Position numbers and translations under genes: made by a program | DNA from: Trichoplax sp. H2 | Taxonomy: Eukaryota | DNA length: 53,351 bases | NCBI GenBank assembly: GCA_003344405.1 | Contig: NOWV01000311.1 | Location: 1-53,351 of the forward strand | Reading direction: 5' to 3' | Notes under the pieces: generated by a model | Told to the model about the DNA's origin: nothing | The model's database searches: none | Seen by the model: only the letters and a program-made list of their open reading frames with translations | Shown: piece after piece, positions 26,859 to 41,825 of the stretch | Position numbering within the stretch: position 1 is the first letter of the stretch | Layout: the number at the start of each line of letters is the position of its first letter

Positions 26859-29800
26859 ATGGCTCTCTATGGTCGCATTTCCTTATTCATTTTTCTGCTA
26901 ATATTGAATGTTTGCATCCATCAAAGCCACTGTATGTATGAAGACCAGATTGGTTCCTTCGATTGGTAATGACAGCCATTCAATTAAGTATTCGTAAACA
27001 AGTAAAGCTGATTGGAATTGTAATGGTTAATTATCTGAACAGATCAACTCTGGGTACTTGCATCCGTTCAAATTTTCTAGGCTTGCTTGAGTAGTTTTAT
27101 CCATGTCCAATGGATTTTAAGATAGAAATAAGCAAAGATACTCTACACACGATGATAGTGCATAGTTCATTCGGGGGACTACAGGAGCAATAATAGCCTA
27201 AAATAGTGATCAAGTCACTTATTCACACACTATTTTACCGATCAAGAACTAACTCAAAGGTTTTTTGACTCACTGATACAGTTTTGGACAGGAGATCTGT
27301 CGTCAATGACGAGTCATGCTGTCACGTACTATTGGATTGTTAGGATAGCGAAACATTTATTCTATAAACTACCCCAAAGTATTCCATCCAATAGAAAAGC
27401 GATAGTGTATCACACATTATGATGGCCAGTTGATGATTCACTGTTACGATAGTGAACGACCATATTCTACGCTGTCGAGGTGGTTAAGTGCCAGTGATTT
27501 CTTAAAATAGCTACCACATTCATTGTAGGAGCACCCAAGTATTCCATCAAATTGAAAGTGATATTGTATCACTGACAGCATCACGATAGACAATTAATCA
27601 TTACCTGTTATAATATGGAAAGACTGTACTTCTACGTTGTAGAGCGGTTATAACATTTGGAGATAACTCAGTAGTCACCCCGACAACACACGACTTAACC
27701 ACACATTGAACTTGGCCCTTATTCAATATCCCGTGTCCTGTAGAAGATGCGATCACTGCAGTTTGATCAATGCTGTCTTAGCTGATTTCTTCACCTTTGA
27801 ATGTCATAATGGTCAATGCAAAATGCCAATCACATTGGATGATTGAATAACACTAGTACAAATTCTCGTCGCTTTGCTGACAGCTTACGATAATGTGCTC
27901 ATTTGTTAATAATTAACAGATAGTATTACCATTTGTCAGTATGACATTGCCAGTAGTTGTATGCTACCCAAATCTGCATCTATCTATGGATGCTACTCTA
28001 TTTATCCATGTCATGAAAGGAAGAGATTGTTGTCAGCAACTTATGGCTGCAACTATACGATTTATTTGATCCTGTCATGTTGTGAGCTGTAAAATGAACA
28101 ACTATAGTACTATATGCGTACAATTAAGAACTATTTAACAATCTCAACATCAAGTATTCTACAGAGTGCTGATCATGATTACCTTCTAATGACTATGCAC
28201 GGCGTAACTTAAATTTCTCCTAGTTTAGCTATACAGTACTTTAATTCCTAATATTCCTGCTCATTCTTTAGGCATCAAAACTATGTTGGGAAAGCAAAAT
28301 TTATCTACGTCGATCAGTCGTCTCATAGTAGTAGACGGTTAGTGATCGGTTCTCATTCAGGTGCTGTAGCTACCTTGAATGCTCGTACTGGTGCGATAGG
28401 TTAGTCAAACAGTAATGAGAGATACGATCTATCTTATCACGATTGTCGATATTTTTTTACGTCTCCCAAGTAATTTGAAGATAAATTAATAGAATCTCTT
28501 ATCATTAAATATTCCATTTAGTATGGCGACAAGTCATGGAAAGGCAAGATGGCCAGTTGAATGCTTTATTACACAAGAATAAGGGTAAGAAAATCTTCTT
28601 GTTTTGAAATACAAATACAATAATTTAACTTTAACGACTCGATTCAATAGTGCATTTTTATGATGGCTATTATACGAAATAACTCGGATACTAATTCTTT
28701 ATTACCTTAGTATCGTCACTAATTTGTCGGCATTTGTAATAGCATATTATGATACGATATGATTATTCCTTTCATAGTTCTAGTATCAGTTTCATCTCAA
28801 GGACGCTTGTTCCGCCGATGGGACTTAAATTCAGGAAATATTTTGTGGGAGTCATCTTTGCCAATGCAATCTTTGTCACATAAAACTCTACAGAGGTAAA
28901 TTATTCCTGTCACAAATACAGTAACTAGTTTAAATGATGTAGCCATTACTTTTGTCTATTGGTGAATTGTGTACTGTACTAAGGCTGATATCGTAAGTAT
29001 CGTTAGTATTTCGTTATAGATAATAATTCAACTCGCGCTAATTTTGAGTATACAGTATATGCAAAAGATACATTCTCTACCTCATCTTGATCGACCTGGA
29101 CGGATATTGTGTTTAACAAAAATAAAGAAAATAATACTTCTTTTATACCCACTTTCTAAATGTTTAGCTGCATCGGTACGGTTGGTTGGAAAGATGGTTG
29201 TATCGATTCTGTAACGAATGATGAGGTGATCGCTACGTTGATCAAAAATACCCTTCTTCTTCACTCTGCTGGCAGTGGTACAATTATCAAGCGAATCGAT
29301 TTACCCCACAGGTACCGTATTTATGACTAAATATTCAACCTCTACGTTGTTGAGCAAACGAGATTATCTAGCAGTATGTAATTTTTAGTCACGATCACGA
29401 ATATTACTCGTACTTTAAGTTTTGATTTGCATTATTTTTTTACTTTGGGCAGTAATAAAATGAAGTATTTTGCCATCTATGCCACTAAAGACAGAATATA
29501 TATTGTTGGAGCTGAAGACCAACTGCGCTTAGCCATCTTAAGTTATCAACGTAATACAGGTGTTCTTTCAGAACAGGTATAGAAATGACTCTAAATTAAC
29601 AATTGTGATACTAACGACTTAATATACAATTTACTAACTGTAATATTTATCAAGAATTCAATGTAACTTACTGCAATATCTAACTTGAAAAAATTGCAAA
29701 TTTTATTCATCCTATATATACAGCGATATGTACAGTGTCCCTGGATCTCATCTATAGAAACTAGGTATACAAGTTTCGTATACGATTTATAAATGGCTTA

Positions 29801-32800
29801 TTGCAATTTATTACTAGAATATACCTACATAATCATGTGATAATCGTTGAATTATTTCTTAAGAATATTTTGATGTTTGATACTACTTTTGAAAATTTTA
29901 TTCTTAGCTGTCTGGTGATTGATGGAACGTTGATTTGTACTGATATATCATCTGAAAGCCTTCAAACAATTAATTTGCCCTCAAAGGCCGAGAGCTTCCA
30001 AACTCATTCTTTATTGGTAATGGATAAATTCCGAAGTATTTTACCGAATCTTAGTTATACACTCTAATCTAAGGTTTACTAAATACAAAATACTCTAAGC
30101 ATATAACTTACGGTACTCTTACAAACTCAGAGCCTAGGTGTAACTGAAAGAATCACGAAGAGGTCGTACCTCAAGCCCTTGTTTGATCGTGGATCGCAAC
30201 GTCAAGAATATATCGTTGCCTTGTCATCGAAGCATCAGCTTGTTGCCAGAAATGGACCAAACGGCCAATTTGCCGTCAAGGAATTAAAGTCGGAGGTACC
30301 TGATAATTCTGAATAACAATCTTGTGATTTTAACCATTTAACCGTACAATACGCGTATTATGAAATGTATATTTATCAAAAATGTAACTATTTTCTTATA
30401 TTTGCTTTTCGATAATCAGAATCCGCTATTACTCTCAAGTGCAACGCTCAGTAATAAATATTACGTATTTTCTACTGAAAGTTTTGAACACGTACGTTAT
30501 AACTAAGCTGTTTAATGTACAGTATGTTATAAGCGATTAGACGATTCTTATGACCTTATTTAATTTTATTTGAATTATTTAGAAACAAAAAATTACCTGG
30601 TTGGATCTCGACGAAGCTAGCGATCTAACGGAATTACAGACAGAGTTTGACACGGATGAAGATCGCGGATTACCAGAAAATGTAAATATTTTTTAACTAT
30701 AGTATCATGCTAGAAGTTAATAGCCAGGGTAATGGATTGTATTATGAAACTGATAAAGCACCCTTAAATCTAACGTTAAAAATCTTACATAAATTAGGCA
30801 ATAGCCATGATGTTCTTAAAGAAAGACAAAACCCTAAGCTACAGGGTATTGTTTACGTACGAAGACCATTCGTTGGCGTTATTGCAGCAAAGCGGTAAAT
30901 CTTTTTGGTCACGAGATGAAGCTTTAGCGGAAATCTTAGTTGCTGAAATGGTCGAATTAGCTTTACCTGTCTCTGAACGTCTTCAATCGCTATATGACGA
31001 AGTCACGATAGCCAAAGGTCTAAAAAGAACCTTTAAATACAATTTAGACACCTATTTTCTAAAATACGCGTACACGCTCGTGTACTATTATTCATTGCAG
31101 ATGGGGTCTTATCCCTTTTTTTCCGCCGTATCTCTTCTCAATTAAGCCAATTACAAGTATTTGGAATATCCATAATATCCAATAGCCTCTAATTAACTTT
31201 AATAGTTACTAAAATTTGAATTATGTATTTTACCATTTAGGTTTTGATCGCATCATTTAAAGATTTTCCTTACAATATTTGGAGCAGTGGAAATAACAAA
31301 AAGGACCAAAAATTAGTCAGAGATCAATTCAATTTACGCAAAATGATTGTAGCTGTTACCCTTTCAGGAAAGGTAAACTTAATTAGATCAGTAACATGAT
31401 AGAGTTTTTAGAATTGTAAAATAGCCAAATAAGATCCATTCTTTTATTCTAATGGCTTACGATCACACTTTGGTAGTTATTCGGAATTGATACTGCCAGT
31501 GGCGATATAGTCTGGAAACATTACCTCCATAATCTAGCGCCATTTAATGAATACGGAAATCCACGAATCCTTCTTTTCGAACAAAGAACAACAGCTCATT
31601 ACCCTTTGCCCCCAAGATGTATTGTTCTTGGCAATGCTAAGGTAATGGCTACATTTTATTGTATGAAGTCGAGTTATGGTGATATAATGTTATATAAGTT
31701 TATATACCAGCTGTTTTTATTAATTTTCAGAACGATAATGGAAAATCTTTAATATATGTATTTAACCCATTAACGGGAAAAGCATTTAAAGACAGTGAAA
31801 CCGATGGTGTATTAGTCGATCATAAAATCAAGCAAGCAATGATTTTAAGCCTCACAGATAATCATTTTTCAAAAATTTTGCTAATGGTCGACCCTAATAA
31901 TCAGGTATTTTCAAGAAATGTGTGTTATTTATTAGCTACCAAGTATAGTATTTTGATTTCAGTTACCTTATTTTATTTAGATTTACATCAACCCATCGAC
32001 ACCGGAAGCTGAAGGAGTTGTTATAGATAACTTAGAATCATTGTACCTTCATACAGTCAATAAAGATGATGGTCAATTGAATGGATACGCGCTATCGACG
32101 GATGCCACAGATGTAAACTTAATTATATCTTTTGATATTACATCATCTCTCGTTATATATCGTAACTGATCAGTTGACCACAATTTATTCCACCAATTGG
32201 TTAATAAAAATTCAGAGAATTATTGCTAAAAATATATGGACCACGCGAATCCCCATTGATAATCAGGTCATAAGTTTAATTTTTCCCAAATTGCCAAACG
32301 GTAAGTCTCTAACAATATTTTCGAATATAAAATTCTATTTACAGTTCATTCGTTTTGATTAAATGATTTTATTCGGAATTTTTCCTTAGAACCGGTTCAT
32401 TCTCAAGGTCGAGTTTTAGGCAATCGTAGTGTTCTATACAAGTACGCCAATCCCAACTTAATTGCTATTACTACTGAATCTAAGGATAAGGACAAACGTA
32501 AGTCTTACATTATGGTAATCAACTTATATCTGCAGATATACCATACAATCTTTTGATAAGTTTCAGCAACAAATAACAGTCAGGATAAATATATTTTATT
32601 TTTTATCTTCTAAAAACGAAATTAGCGATTGTCGAAATATTCTTAGTCGATGGAGTTACAGGCGCTATCGTGTTTCAAACATACCAAAAGAATGCCAGAG
32701 GTCCTGTCAAACTAGTACTTTGTGAACATTGGATTGTGGTGAGAAATATATTGAATACTTTAAACCGTTTTCTACCAAAAAAATATTGATATTTCGTATT

Positions 32801-33878
32801 TGTTCCTCAGTTTCATTACTGGAACACCAAGTACAGGAGATATGAAATGGCTGTCATAGAATTATTCGAAGGGCAAAAGAAATTAAATGAGTTAGATTTA
32901 CTATCTTATTTTCCATTATCGTATTATTCAATAACGCTTATATTTTTTCTTTGCTTCATTAAATATCATTACCTAAATTTCTTATACTTCGTTTGCTATA
33001 GGACAATCTTCTCATCGTTCATTACACAGCTGAATACCGTCAGCATGCAATCTTATGTATTTCCTTTTGATGTAATAACTATGACAGTAACGCGTACCGA
33101 AAAAGCGATTACGCATAAAGATATTCTAAGTGCGATTTAATCATTTGACCTTTATTAGATCTTAAAAATACAATTTATTGATTAAAGATTTGATTATTTC
33201 TAACAGTCGGACTACCTGGTGGTGAGATACTTTCTTTACCGAAAGTTTTATTAGATCCTAGAAGACCCTTTGTTTTAAGTGCTAGCGATAGGTATAATTT
33301 TGTTCGAACACTAATTTTACAACGACACGTTTTTATAGCGTGAAAAAATGAACTATTTCTGACTTACAAACGATATTTTCTAACGTAGAGAGGAAGGCCT
33401 TATACAATATGTTCCAGAATTACCTTTCCCTACTGCTAACGTAATCAATTATAATCAAACGGTAAAGACAGTTACTGTAGTAATAACTTCACTGTCCTGG
33501 AGTTTTTTTTCAATATTTATCAATAATGTTTAATTTTAACCCATAGATTAACGGATTACGAAAGATTATTACCGCACCTGCTGGCTTGGAGTCTACTTCT
33601 CTTGTTTTCGCATATGGTTTAGGTAGAGGAATATTATAACGTCAGATTCATAGATTATTTATACTGCATGGTCTCAGCAGTTAATATGGAATCAATTATG
33701 TTATTGTTCATTCTTAGATTTGTTTTATACCCGCGTAACTCCTTCCAAGATGTTCGATGTCCTTAAAGAAGATTTCGATTACACATTTATTACTATAGTG
33801 CTCACGGCCATGATCTTAGTATCCTTGGTAACTGCTCAATTATCATCATCGTCTAACTTAAAAAAATTATGGAAGTAA
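26859..33878 (+). CDS. EMC1: ER membrane protein complex subunit 1
   Basis: About 25 short exons. Exon 1 (26859-26965) encodes a signal peptide plus [11 protein letters not shown]; exon 2 (28272-28399) HQNYVGK...LNARTGAI. Internal motifs [67 protein letters not shown]. Last exon ends [22 protein letters not shown], a TM segment and KKLWK*. Not every internal boundary was verified. Confidence 0.95.
27370..27650 (+). repeat. Diverged tandem duplication (about 160-bp period) in EMC1 intron 1
   Basis: aagtattccatc.aa...tgtatcac...ctgtta...ttctacg.tgt.gag..ggtta occurs at about 27375-27485 and about 27535-27650. Confidence 0.7.
27853..27883 (-). mobile_element. Helitron-like 3' terminus, second copy (EMC1 intron 1)
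   Basis: actagtacaaattctcgtcgctttgctgacag is nearly identical to 1262-1293, with a partly decayed hairpin. Confidence 0.45.
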
Positions 33879-36818
33879 ACCTTGTGATCATTTTCTAATT
33901 CATACCTCCAGTCTGTCATATTGATAATAAAATAAAGACGAAATGGTACTGTATAAAAGCAGATAGGTCTGCATTTTATCTTCGTATATTAACAACTACA
34001 TGATATAGGAGAAACCGGAATCGATTAGATTTCGAAAAAGAATACCTGTAAAGATGGATTTGATGTACTTCTGTTGTCAGTGCGAGTTATCTGTTCTTGT
34101 CGGAACTGATTTAATGCTGAATTACGTTTTTTTTATCATTTATGACTGATGAGATGCGCCATTGTTTTTACTTAGTACGGTACAAAATTTTGTTTTATTA
34201 CCTAGGTTTACGGTTATTTATTTCTTTTTGCCCATAAAGACCGACTTATAAGATTTTAATAAATATTAATAATTGATGTTGTGCCCAGATAAAAGGTACA
34301 CTCATCTAAGCAAGATTGCTTCACTATTTCCTGTGGGTTCTTCTAAAATTAACAGTACCTTTCGTACTATAAGTAATGTAAAAATATTACTCATAAAATA
34401 GTTATCCTACATTGATATACCATATTAAATATTGTACTGTCTTGTTAACGCTAACCTCTGCTAGTTCTATTAGCTTATAATTACGATTATCATTAACTGC
34501 ACTAAGAACTAAATGTTTTTCATTGTGTCAGGCTCTTAACTCATCAAAAGAAGTTGTATAATCTAGTGCATTACTATTCTATATAGCAAATGAGTAGACC
34601 GTATGTATTAACATTTTCTGATGACAGGAGAGATCTAATGTAGACAAATTAAAGACGTTAATTGCTTAAGTTAAGAGAAATGTATTTTCCCCTTAGTTAA
34701 TGTTAAATTAATAAATGTGACTAAAGCTTATGTTTAAAATCTATAGCTTTCGAAATCTTAGCTGTCGATAATTCAATAATCAGACTCTTCGCTCCAGAGT
34801 TTTATAAATTATGCTTTGTTTCGCTTCTTTCCCAAAAAAGTAGGACGTACGCGTAACTCTGTTAGAAACTTAATCCAAGGTCAACGTCTATCCAATCGCA
34901 GTGATATCTAATTTTGTATTACTGATATGCACGTATTCACCTCATTATTTTTTATCATATTTATTATTATGTTACTTGAAATGATTGAACCTCATTTAAT
35001 TAATGAAGAGGGAAAAATTTAAATTCAAATTTAAAAAAGGTAAAGAAATAATGAGTTTAAGATTATGATCTAAGTAATCTAAATCATCGAAAAATTGAAT
35101 AGAAATGTCTCATACAAGATATAGTATTTCAGTTTTTAAAGGCAATATGTAGAAAAGCATTTAAAAGTATCTTAATAATAGTTATAGGAATCAATTCCGA
35201 TGCAAACTGCCGCAATCAATAATCAGTTCGGTCATATCAAAGGAGATTCTACGATGGAAATAATAAGGCTGATAATATACGCATATTGGAAGAGAGCGAA
35301 AATCGTTTCAATCTTATTTACAAAGTTATCTCATAACAATTTCGTACATTTCTTAATACTGTATATCATAATACAATTAAAATTCATAATAAGAAAAACG
35401 AATATATTCGTATAAAATCCAATTCAATATTAAAATTGAATTAGATCATAATCAGTTCATAGCTAGCTATAACTTTATGGTTACTCATTTTATTAAAACT
35501 ACGTAAAAAGTAAAGAGGCATCGACTAAATCCATCGATTCTGAGATAGCGATAACAAGCTTCGAAAATAGTCGAGAAACCACTGATCGGTGACGTAACTT
35601 ATTGCATAGTAAATATATTGTGCATTCGATTCTTTATTAGCTACTCTTTCAACGTAAGTTATCATTAATCTTGTTACTTCTGCTTGGAGCTAGTATAATT
35701 TCAATTGATAACGTAATTGCTAATACGGATATCAATTATTTCCATGAGACAAGTATGCGGTACCTCTTTAATGTATTAATGATCTATTCCCATTTCCGTC
35801 ATTTATATACTCGTCAATGGAGGCCGCTTATGCTTGATTACAATACAGAAATAGTTACAGTATTTCCTATCCGGGAACCGATCGGTCTCTTACTTGATAG
35901 TGATGCTAATGTTATTTTTCATCACCACTAGAGTATAAAATAATCGATAAATAAAATCAGATAAGTGATGGAATGCAATCTCAAATTTATTTGTAAATCA
36001 CAATTGTAGACAATTGGAATAGGTGATAAAAGAAAATATTAATCTACCTACCAAGCTATAAGCTATAATCGATACGTCTTCGTTTAGCTGGAGGTTGCGA
36101 AACTTCTATCCATCATTATCATTAGTGAAAATAGAAAATAGAATGATAATAACCAATCAATCAATCAACCCAATCCAAGTAATTATTAAAGCAATTTTGA
36201 ATTATTCTATCGAACTAGAATGTGACTAACAAGCCTTAGATCAAACATTTCTTATCAATAAAGTAAACAGTTATAGCCAATCAGATCAAATGGATTAAAT
36301 AATATCAAGCCAGCGGTGATAATTAAATCAGTATGATTAGAGACGATGCATAAAGTTTTCTATTGAGTTTTGAACTATAGCAATTCATATTAGGCCTTAA
36401 GGTAATCATATTGTATGTTGAATTCTTTGTCCATTTTATTTATTGGGAGTAGTGTAACAAATTGATTTGAATCAATTTACGACATACAAGTTGAGAAGAT
36501 AAACAATAAGCAAGTTGAATGCTTGAGTTCATATTTAATAATCTAAATTGGCTATTCCTACTTGTTGAATTATTTGGTATACAACCGTATCTAATAAGAA
36601 AGAGCCAAAATTCCTCTACATGTTATACCTATCCATTAAAGTAGTTCAATATCCATATCACTATAATCTATACTTGCGCTATCAATGACAGTATACGGAT
36701 ACTTATATGAAACAATTACCAAAATATATAAATAATGATTATCTATTTGAATCTTTTGGTCAATATTATAAATTGTGTTATAATTATTGTTCTACAGGCG
36801 CTATTGAAAACCTACAAT

Positions 36819-38345
36819 CTACTTACCGATTTGAATTAAATCCATTTTTTGCCTTGCTTTATCGGCCAAGTGGGCAGTATAAATATCACAAAACAATCCA
36901 TCTTTTTCAATTGCATTAGTATAAAATGTCCGTGCTTGGGTTAAATCGACATCAATACCTAGACCATATTCGTACATTAAACCTTTATAGTAAGGTGATA
37001 GAGAAGAGCATTTCATTGCTAATTTGAAATAATATGTCGATGATATATCTTCAGTTAAAGACAATGTTTGCGGCGATTTCAAAATTAATTTAGCTAATCG
37101 ATAACAGCCGTAACCGTAAAATTGATTAATTAATCGAGCACGTCTATAACAACCGATAGCAACTTGAATGTCATCACACGATGATAATCGCCTCTTTTGA
37201 ATCAATTTGCCAATTTGCCATGCAGCATAATGAGAATAAGCATCGTTATTTTTTTGTAATGCTAGATAGTAATAATAGCTAGCTTGATTGTAATGGTGAT
37301 GGATACCGAGCCCATAATGATACATTAGACCTAGTGAATAATACATACAACTGGTTGGGAATGGAAATGTTTCAATATCACTATTAACCAGGGCAAATTT
37401 GAGATAATCTAATGCAAGTGGATAATTTCGTAGGATGATATCAGTTACACCACGAAAATAAAGAATAGCTAAATAATACATAACGATACTAAATCCAAAC
37501 GACGATGATGCCGTTAGGTAATCGACAATTAACTCCGTTGAATAGTTATGCCTATAGTCTTTAATGATTAATAGCTTGGACATAATATGTCCATGTTGGG
37601 CTGCTTTATATAAATATTTTTCAGCTTTTTCTTTATAATCATGGCCATCGTAGCCAATTTTAAGACGATATAACCAATAGCCAAGATAATAATAAGAAGC
37701 AGCACAACCGAATTTTCCACCTTGACTAAAGTAACGGTAGGCTTGAAGGTAATATTGACGACTTTCAGTTAAGCCACTAACTGTCCCTTTCTTATAAGCG
37801 ATAAATCCCAAATAATGGTTCCAACGACCGAGTTTAGCTTGATCCTCCTCACTTCGGATTTGCTCTTCTAGCCAGTTTTTGTACCGATTGATCCCGTCTT
37901 GCCATAATTTCGATGAAGCTAAATAATAACTGTACTTTTGTTCGGCTTTACAGTAAGCTCCACAAGCAGCAGCTTTAATTAATAATCGGACTTTGATATC
38001 AATCAGGTGATGAGATTGGCTAATAAATCGTATTTTATCAGCGTCTCGTCTTTCTTCGTGGCTACCGATCATTTGACAAAGATAATAAGGTGCTACCGGA
38101 TGGCCGTGATCGCTAGCAATTTGGTAGTGTTCGTAAGCTTTTTCTAAATTTTGATGAATTCCATCTTTACCTAAATGATAGATACGCCCTAACTCATAAT
38201 GTGAATGAGGGCTGTTACCCTCTTCGGTTAACTTGATATGCTTCTTCATCACTTCTTTAACTAAATTTCGATAACTTTTATCGGCATGATTAGCCAGCAT
38301 TTCTGCCAGTAATTGATCTACGTTACTTTTTTTATTCTTAGACAT
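36819..38345 (-). CDS. Sel1-like (SLR/TPR) repeat protein, 508 aa, intronless CDS
   Basis: Single ORF with repeated Y.LG..Y..G.G...(D/N)...A..YY..A units (SHYELGRIYHLGKDGIHQNLEKAYEHYQIASDHGH; MYYSLGLMYHYGLG; YYKGLMYEYGLGIDVDLTQARTFY). No signal peptide or TM segment is visible, so it is not SEL1L/Hrd3. Confidence 0.88.
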   Translation of the reverse strand: MSKNKKSNVDQLLAEMLANHADKSYRNLVKEVMKKHIKLTEEGNSPHSHYELGRIYHLGKDGIHQNLEKAYEHYQIASDHGHPVAPYYLCQMIGSHEERRDADKIRFISQSHHLIDIKVRLLIKAAACGAYCKAEQKYSYYLASSKLWQDGINRYKNWLEEQIRSEEDQAKLGRWNHYLGFIAYKKGTVSGLTESRQYYLQAYRYFSQGGKFGCAASYYYLGYWLYRLKIGYDGHDYKEKAEKYLYKAAQHGHIMSKLLIIKDYRHNYSTELIVDYLTASSSFGFSIVMYYLAILYFRGVTDIILRNYPLALDYLKFALVNSDIETFPFPTSCMYYSLGLMYHYGLGIHHHYNQASYYYYLALQKNNDAYSHYAAWQIGKLIQKRRLSSCDDIQVAIGCYRRARLINQFYGYGCYRLAKLILKSPQTLSLTEDISSTYYFKLAMKCSSLSPYYKGLMYEYGLGIDVDLTQARTFYTNAIEKDGLFCDIYTAHLADKARQKMDLIQIGK

Positions 38346-41300
38346 GATAACGATATCGATGAACCTTCTTCTTCTAATAGGTAAACAAGAAGGGATTACT
38401 AATGGTTAAACGGTAATCATGATCGACCAAGTTGTCAGAAACTAAATGCTGTATATTATCGAATATTGTAATATTTACCTTGGATGATAGATCAATTCTA
38501 ACAGTAGATCCAACCATATTTACAACAAAAATAATAAACTTGCCGAAGCGGAGATGACGATCAAATACTACTGCAAACTCGCAAGTGGACTTGTTTTGAT
38601 TATTTTTTTTTTTTTTTCGAATCTTGCCTATCTTAATACAATAACCATAATTAGCTTAAGTCACTAGTATACAATAGCATTTCAAATTACTATTTAAACC
38701 TTTTTAAAGGCTCTATGTTGTGAACAATATTTCACAATCTTATTCATCAAAATATCAACAATACTGTCAGTGTAAACAACATGGTAAGTGGCTCATCCCA
38801 CTTGGATGAAAAACACCCCTTCCATTTTATTGGATTTTTTTTAATTATTTTTCTTGTTTTTTTCTTATGCAAAATTTAATTTGGTGAGATCAATATAATT
38901 TCAGGGTTCCCGCTGACTATCCGAGAATTGCCTTGCTATGCTCTGTACGGATATGTACCAAATTGTCGCCTAAATGCGATAATTGTTTAACTTAGAGCTA
39001 TTTTTGAAGCTATCGAGAATTCCACCAATAGCATATATAGTATATATATAATCTGCTTAGAACTACTAAGATTCATTAACCAGCTTATAACACCAGTGTA
39101 CCTATAACTGATATATAACTAGTTGACTACAAACAAATGCAGTACTTGATATTACAAAGTATTCTTTTATACGTTTCCTATCCTATCATACTTGTAAAAA
39201 GATTGCAATTTTACGCGATGTCCTATTTCTAAAGCTGGCTAGCTGTAGGAAGATAGTAATTCGCAGTAACTAAGATATAGAAGTATAGCTTCCTATTACG
39301 ATGACTATTCCATACGTTTACAACAATGCCTGATGATGACAAGGACTAATTTAATCGGTGTTCTTCAAGTAAAATTTATCTAGTGCTCCTACGATATGTT
39401 TACAATCACATAGCAGCCCAACCCTTTATTAAGTTGTGATCCATACTGTACAAGGTGTTACTTGACTGTAAATATGGTTAGCGCTGTCGTAAGGATTAAG
39501 ACGCTACTTGGTAGCAAATAGGTCCAAACAGTACACAACCATCGTATAGCTGTCTCAACGTAATGATATTAACACCCAGAAATTGCATTCAAAGTGCTTC
39601 CAAAGGATCAACTAGTCGACTGTAAATATGTCTACACTGCTGACACCCATCATATAGCATTGGGAACGTTATCATATTTACATGTAGAAATTACTCTCAA
39701 GGTATTCCCTTCGTGTAGCAGATTTTGCTGGAACTATGTCTAGACAACACAGAATCATAATTTATTATATTCAAAAAGACAAAATTAATTTTATATCGAA
39801 CAGTTAATGTCAAGGGACTAAATAAGCATCAATAACTCGATTGAAACTGTATTCGTATAGCAGATAACTGTCGTCTAGTATTTTCAACATGATGAAATGG
39901 CAGGTACAACTGCTGTCCAGATTGCATCCGAACATTAATGTCTCAATTAAAATATGTCCGGAGACAAATAAACAGCAATCCCATAATGTATTTAGCACGA
40001 TGATAATTATATCTGAAATCTGCTGTCAACGTGTCTCAGTATCCGTGACTTGGAGTAAAAGATATCCTCACTGTAGACAGTCATTGTTTCGCATTCCTAA
40101 TGTACCTAATGATATGCACAGCTAGTAGCTGCTATCAAAGTGCCACTTAAGCATAAGTTACTAGAGTAAATTGGCCTAACAGTAGAATTTATATAGTATT
40201 CAAACATTGGTAAACAAAGCCAATAATAGCATCTTATTTTATATTTCTCCCTTACTAATAAACAAAAAACCCAGAACGATTCAAAAAATAGTTTAAAAAA
40301 AATGAATATTAACTTATATCTTTCGGTATGAAAAGCTGCTTATCGATGATCTATTAAAAGCAGCATATTATCAACAGAATGTAGATGAGTCCTTGCAGCC
40401 GCACTACTTCTTGAATTACTTCCTTATCTTATTTTAACTTTTCAAAGGCTAGGTGATTGTGGCATTTAATGATCCTTTTTAATCGTATTCATTTAAAAAG
40501 CTACAATGTAGCATAACCGCTAATTAATATTAATAATTAATAGGGTAATCAACAATAAGAATACACAGAAGCTATGGTACAGGACGTAGCAATCTATGGA
40601 AATTTTACCCATTTTATTAAGGAGTGAATGGTGGTAATTTAAAATTAGGAAGGTCGATGGGTTCCTTTGATTTGGTAGAAAACTGCAAGTACGCGTATAT
40701 TCTAGTTTACCAGAGATGAATTCTGTTGTATCCAAGCTTTACACGTATGATAATTTTAAGTTCACTTACAATTGATACTCTTACGCTACAGCTGCTATTA
40801 AATCACTTATAATTATATAAAAATTGTACGCCATTCATTGTAAACCCTCTCTATACCAAAGCTAGCTTTGAATTTTATCTAACCGTTGATATCTTATTTA
40901 TTCTCGAAGCTAAATTGCCATACGTGCATTTGCTAATGGTTACCAGGGGATTCCTAAGGAACATTTTATTAGTTCTTGTAATTACCTCCGCATTCTTTCT
41001 GGTAAAGGTGTTTAACTGTAAATAAATTCTTGGTCACCGCAAACGTAATTGATGAATGTTTTGAAGCAACGAGAACGATCACAACTGTAAGCAGATTGTA
41101 GATTTTTTGCAGCCATTCAACTAAAAGATCTGGCTTCTATTAGCGTTAAGCAATGTTGGACTGTTCTCAAATTAGTTTCAATAGCTGATAAAAAAGTTCG
41201 AATTCACTAATATCAGTTGCGCGATAAGAAAAAGCTAAATATTGTAGGTGTAGGTCTTTCCATTCCAAGTAAGCCTGCTCGTACGTACTGTACCAGTGCC

Positions 41301-41825
41301 GAAGTAACTTAAATTATCATGCATAAATGGATGTCGTACGGATTAATTTGACTATGGTACGGTAAATCTTGCGCACAATAATCAAGTAGATATCATAAAT
41401 GTGTATTATTCGTTGGAAGTGCTATTAGGTAGAGTAAGGAACTTGTTTCATTCTTAAGTAGTCCCTGGTAGTGTTTGTACAATTATACAGACATACAGTA
41501 GTCGTTACGAGCACACACAACGGTCTGCTGAGCGAAGAATTTCATTGTAAGTACGAGGAATAATCATATCGAAATTAGTACACTCTAATTTAGAACATGA
41601 TGCTCCTTTATTGGTTATGTTGATTATCTTGCACCGAATAAAACCGTGAGTATCATCGCATTTACGGTTGTTAGGTATAGGTTAACTAACAACCATGTGC
41701 ATGAAAGCAGCATCAGGGTATACATATATATATATATATAAAAAAACTCTATGAAATCACGTATAGTATTCATTTTTATATGACGCCATACTGCATGTCT
41801 GTAAGTAGCCGCACAAGGTCACCAT

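Noticed and set aside
36819..38345. Calling the Sel1-repeat gene SEL1L/HRD3
   Set aside because: It has no signal peptide or C-terminal TM helix and its repeats are divergent.
38600..41700. Short ORFs and isolated splice-like sites between the Sel1-like gene and DDOST
   Set aside because: Could not be assembled into a frame-consistent or recognisable gene.
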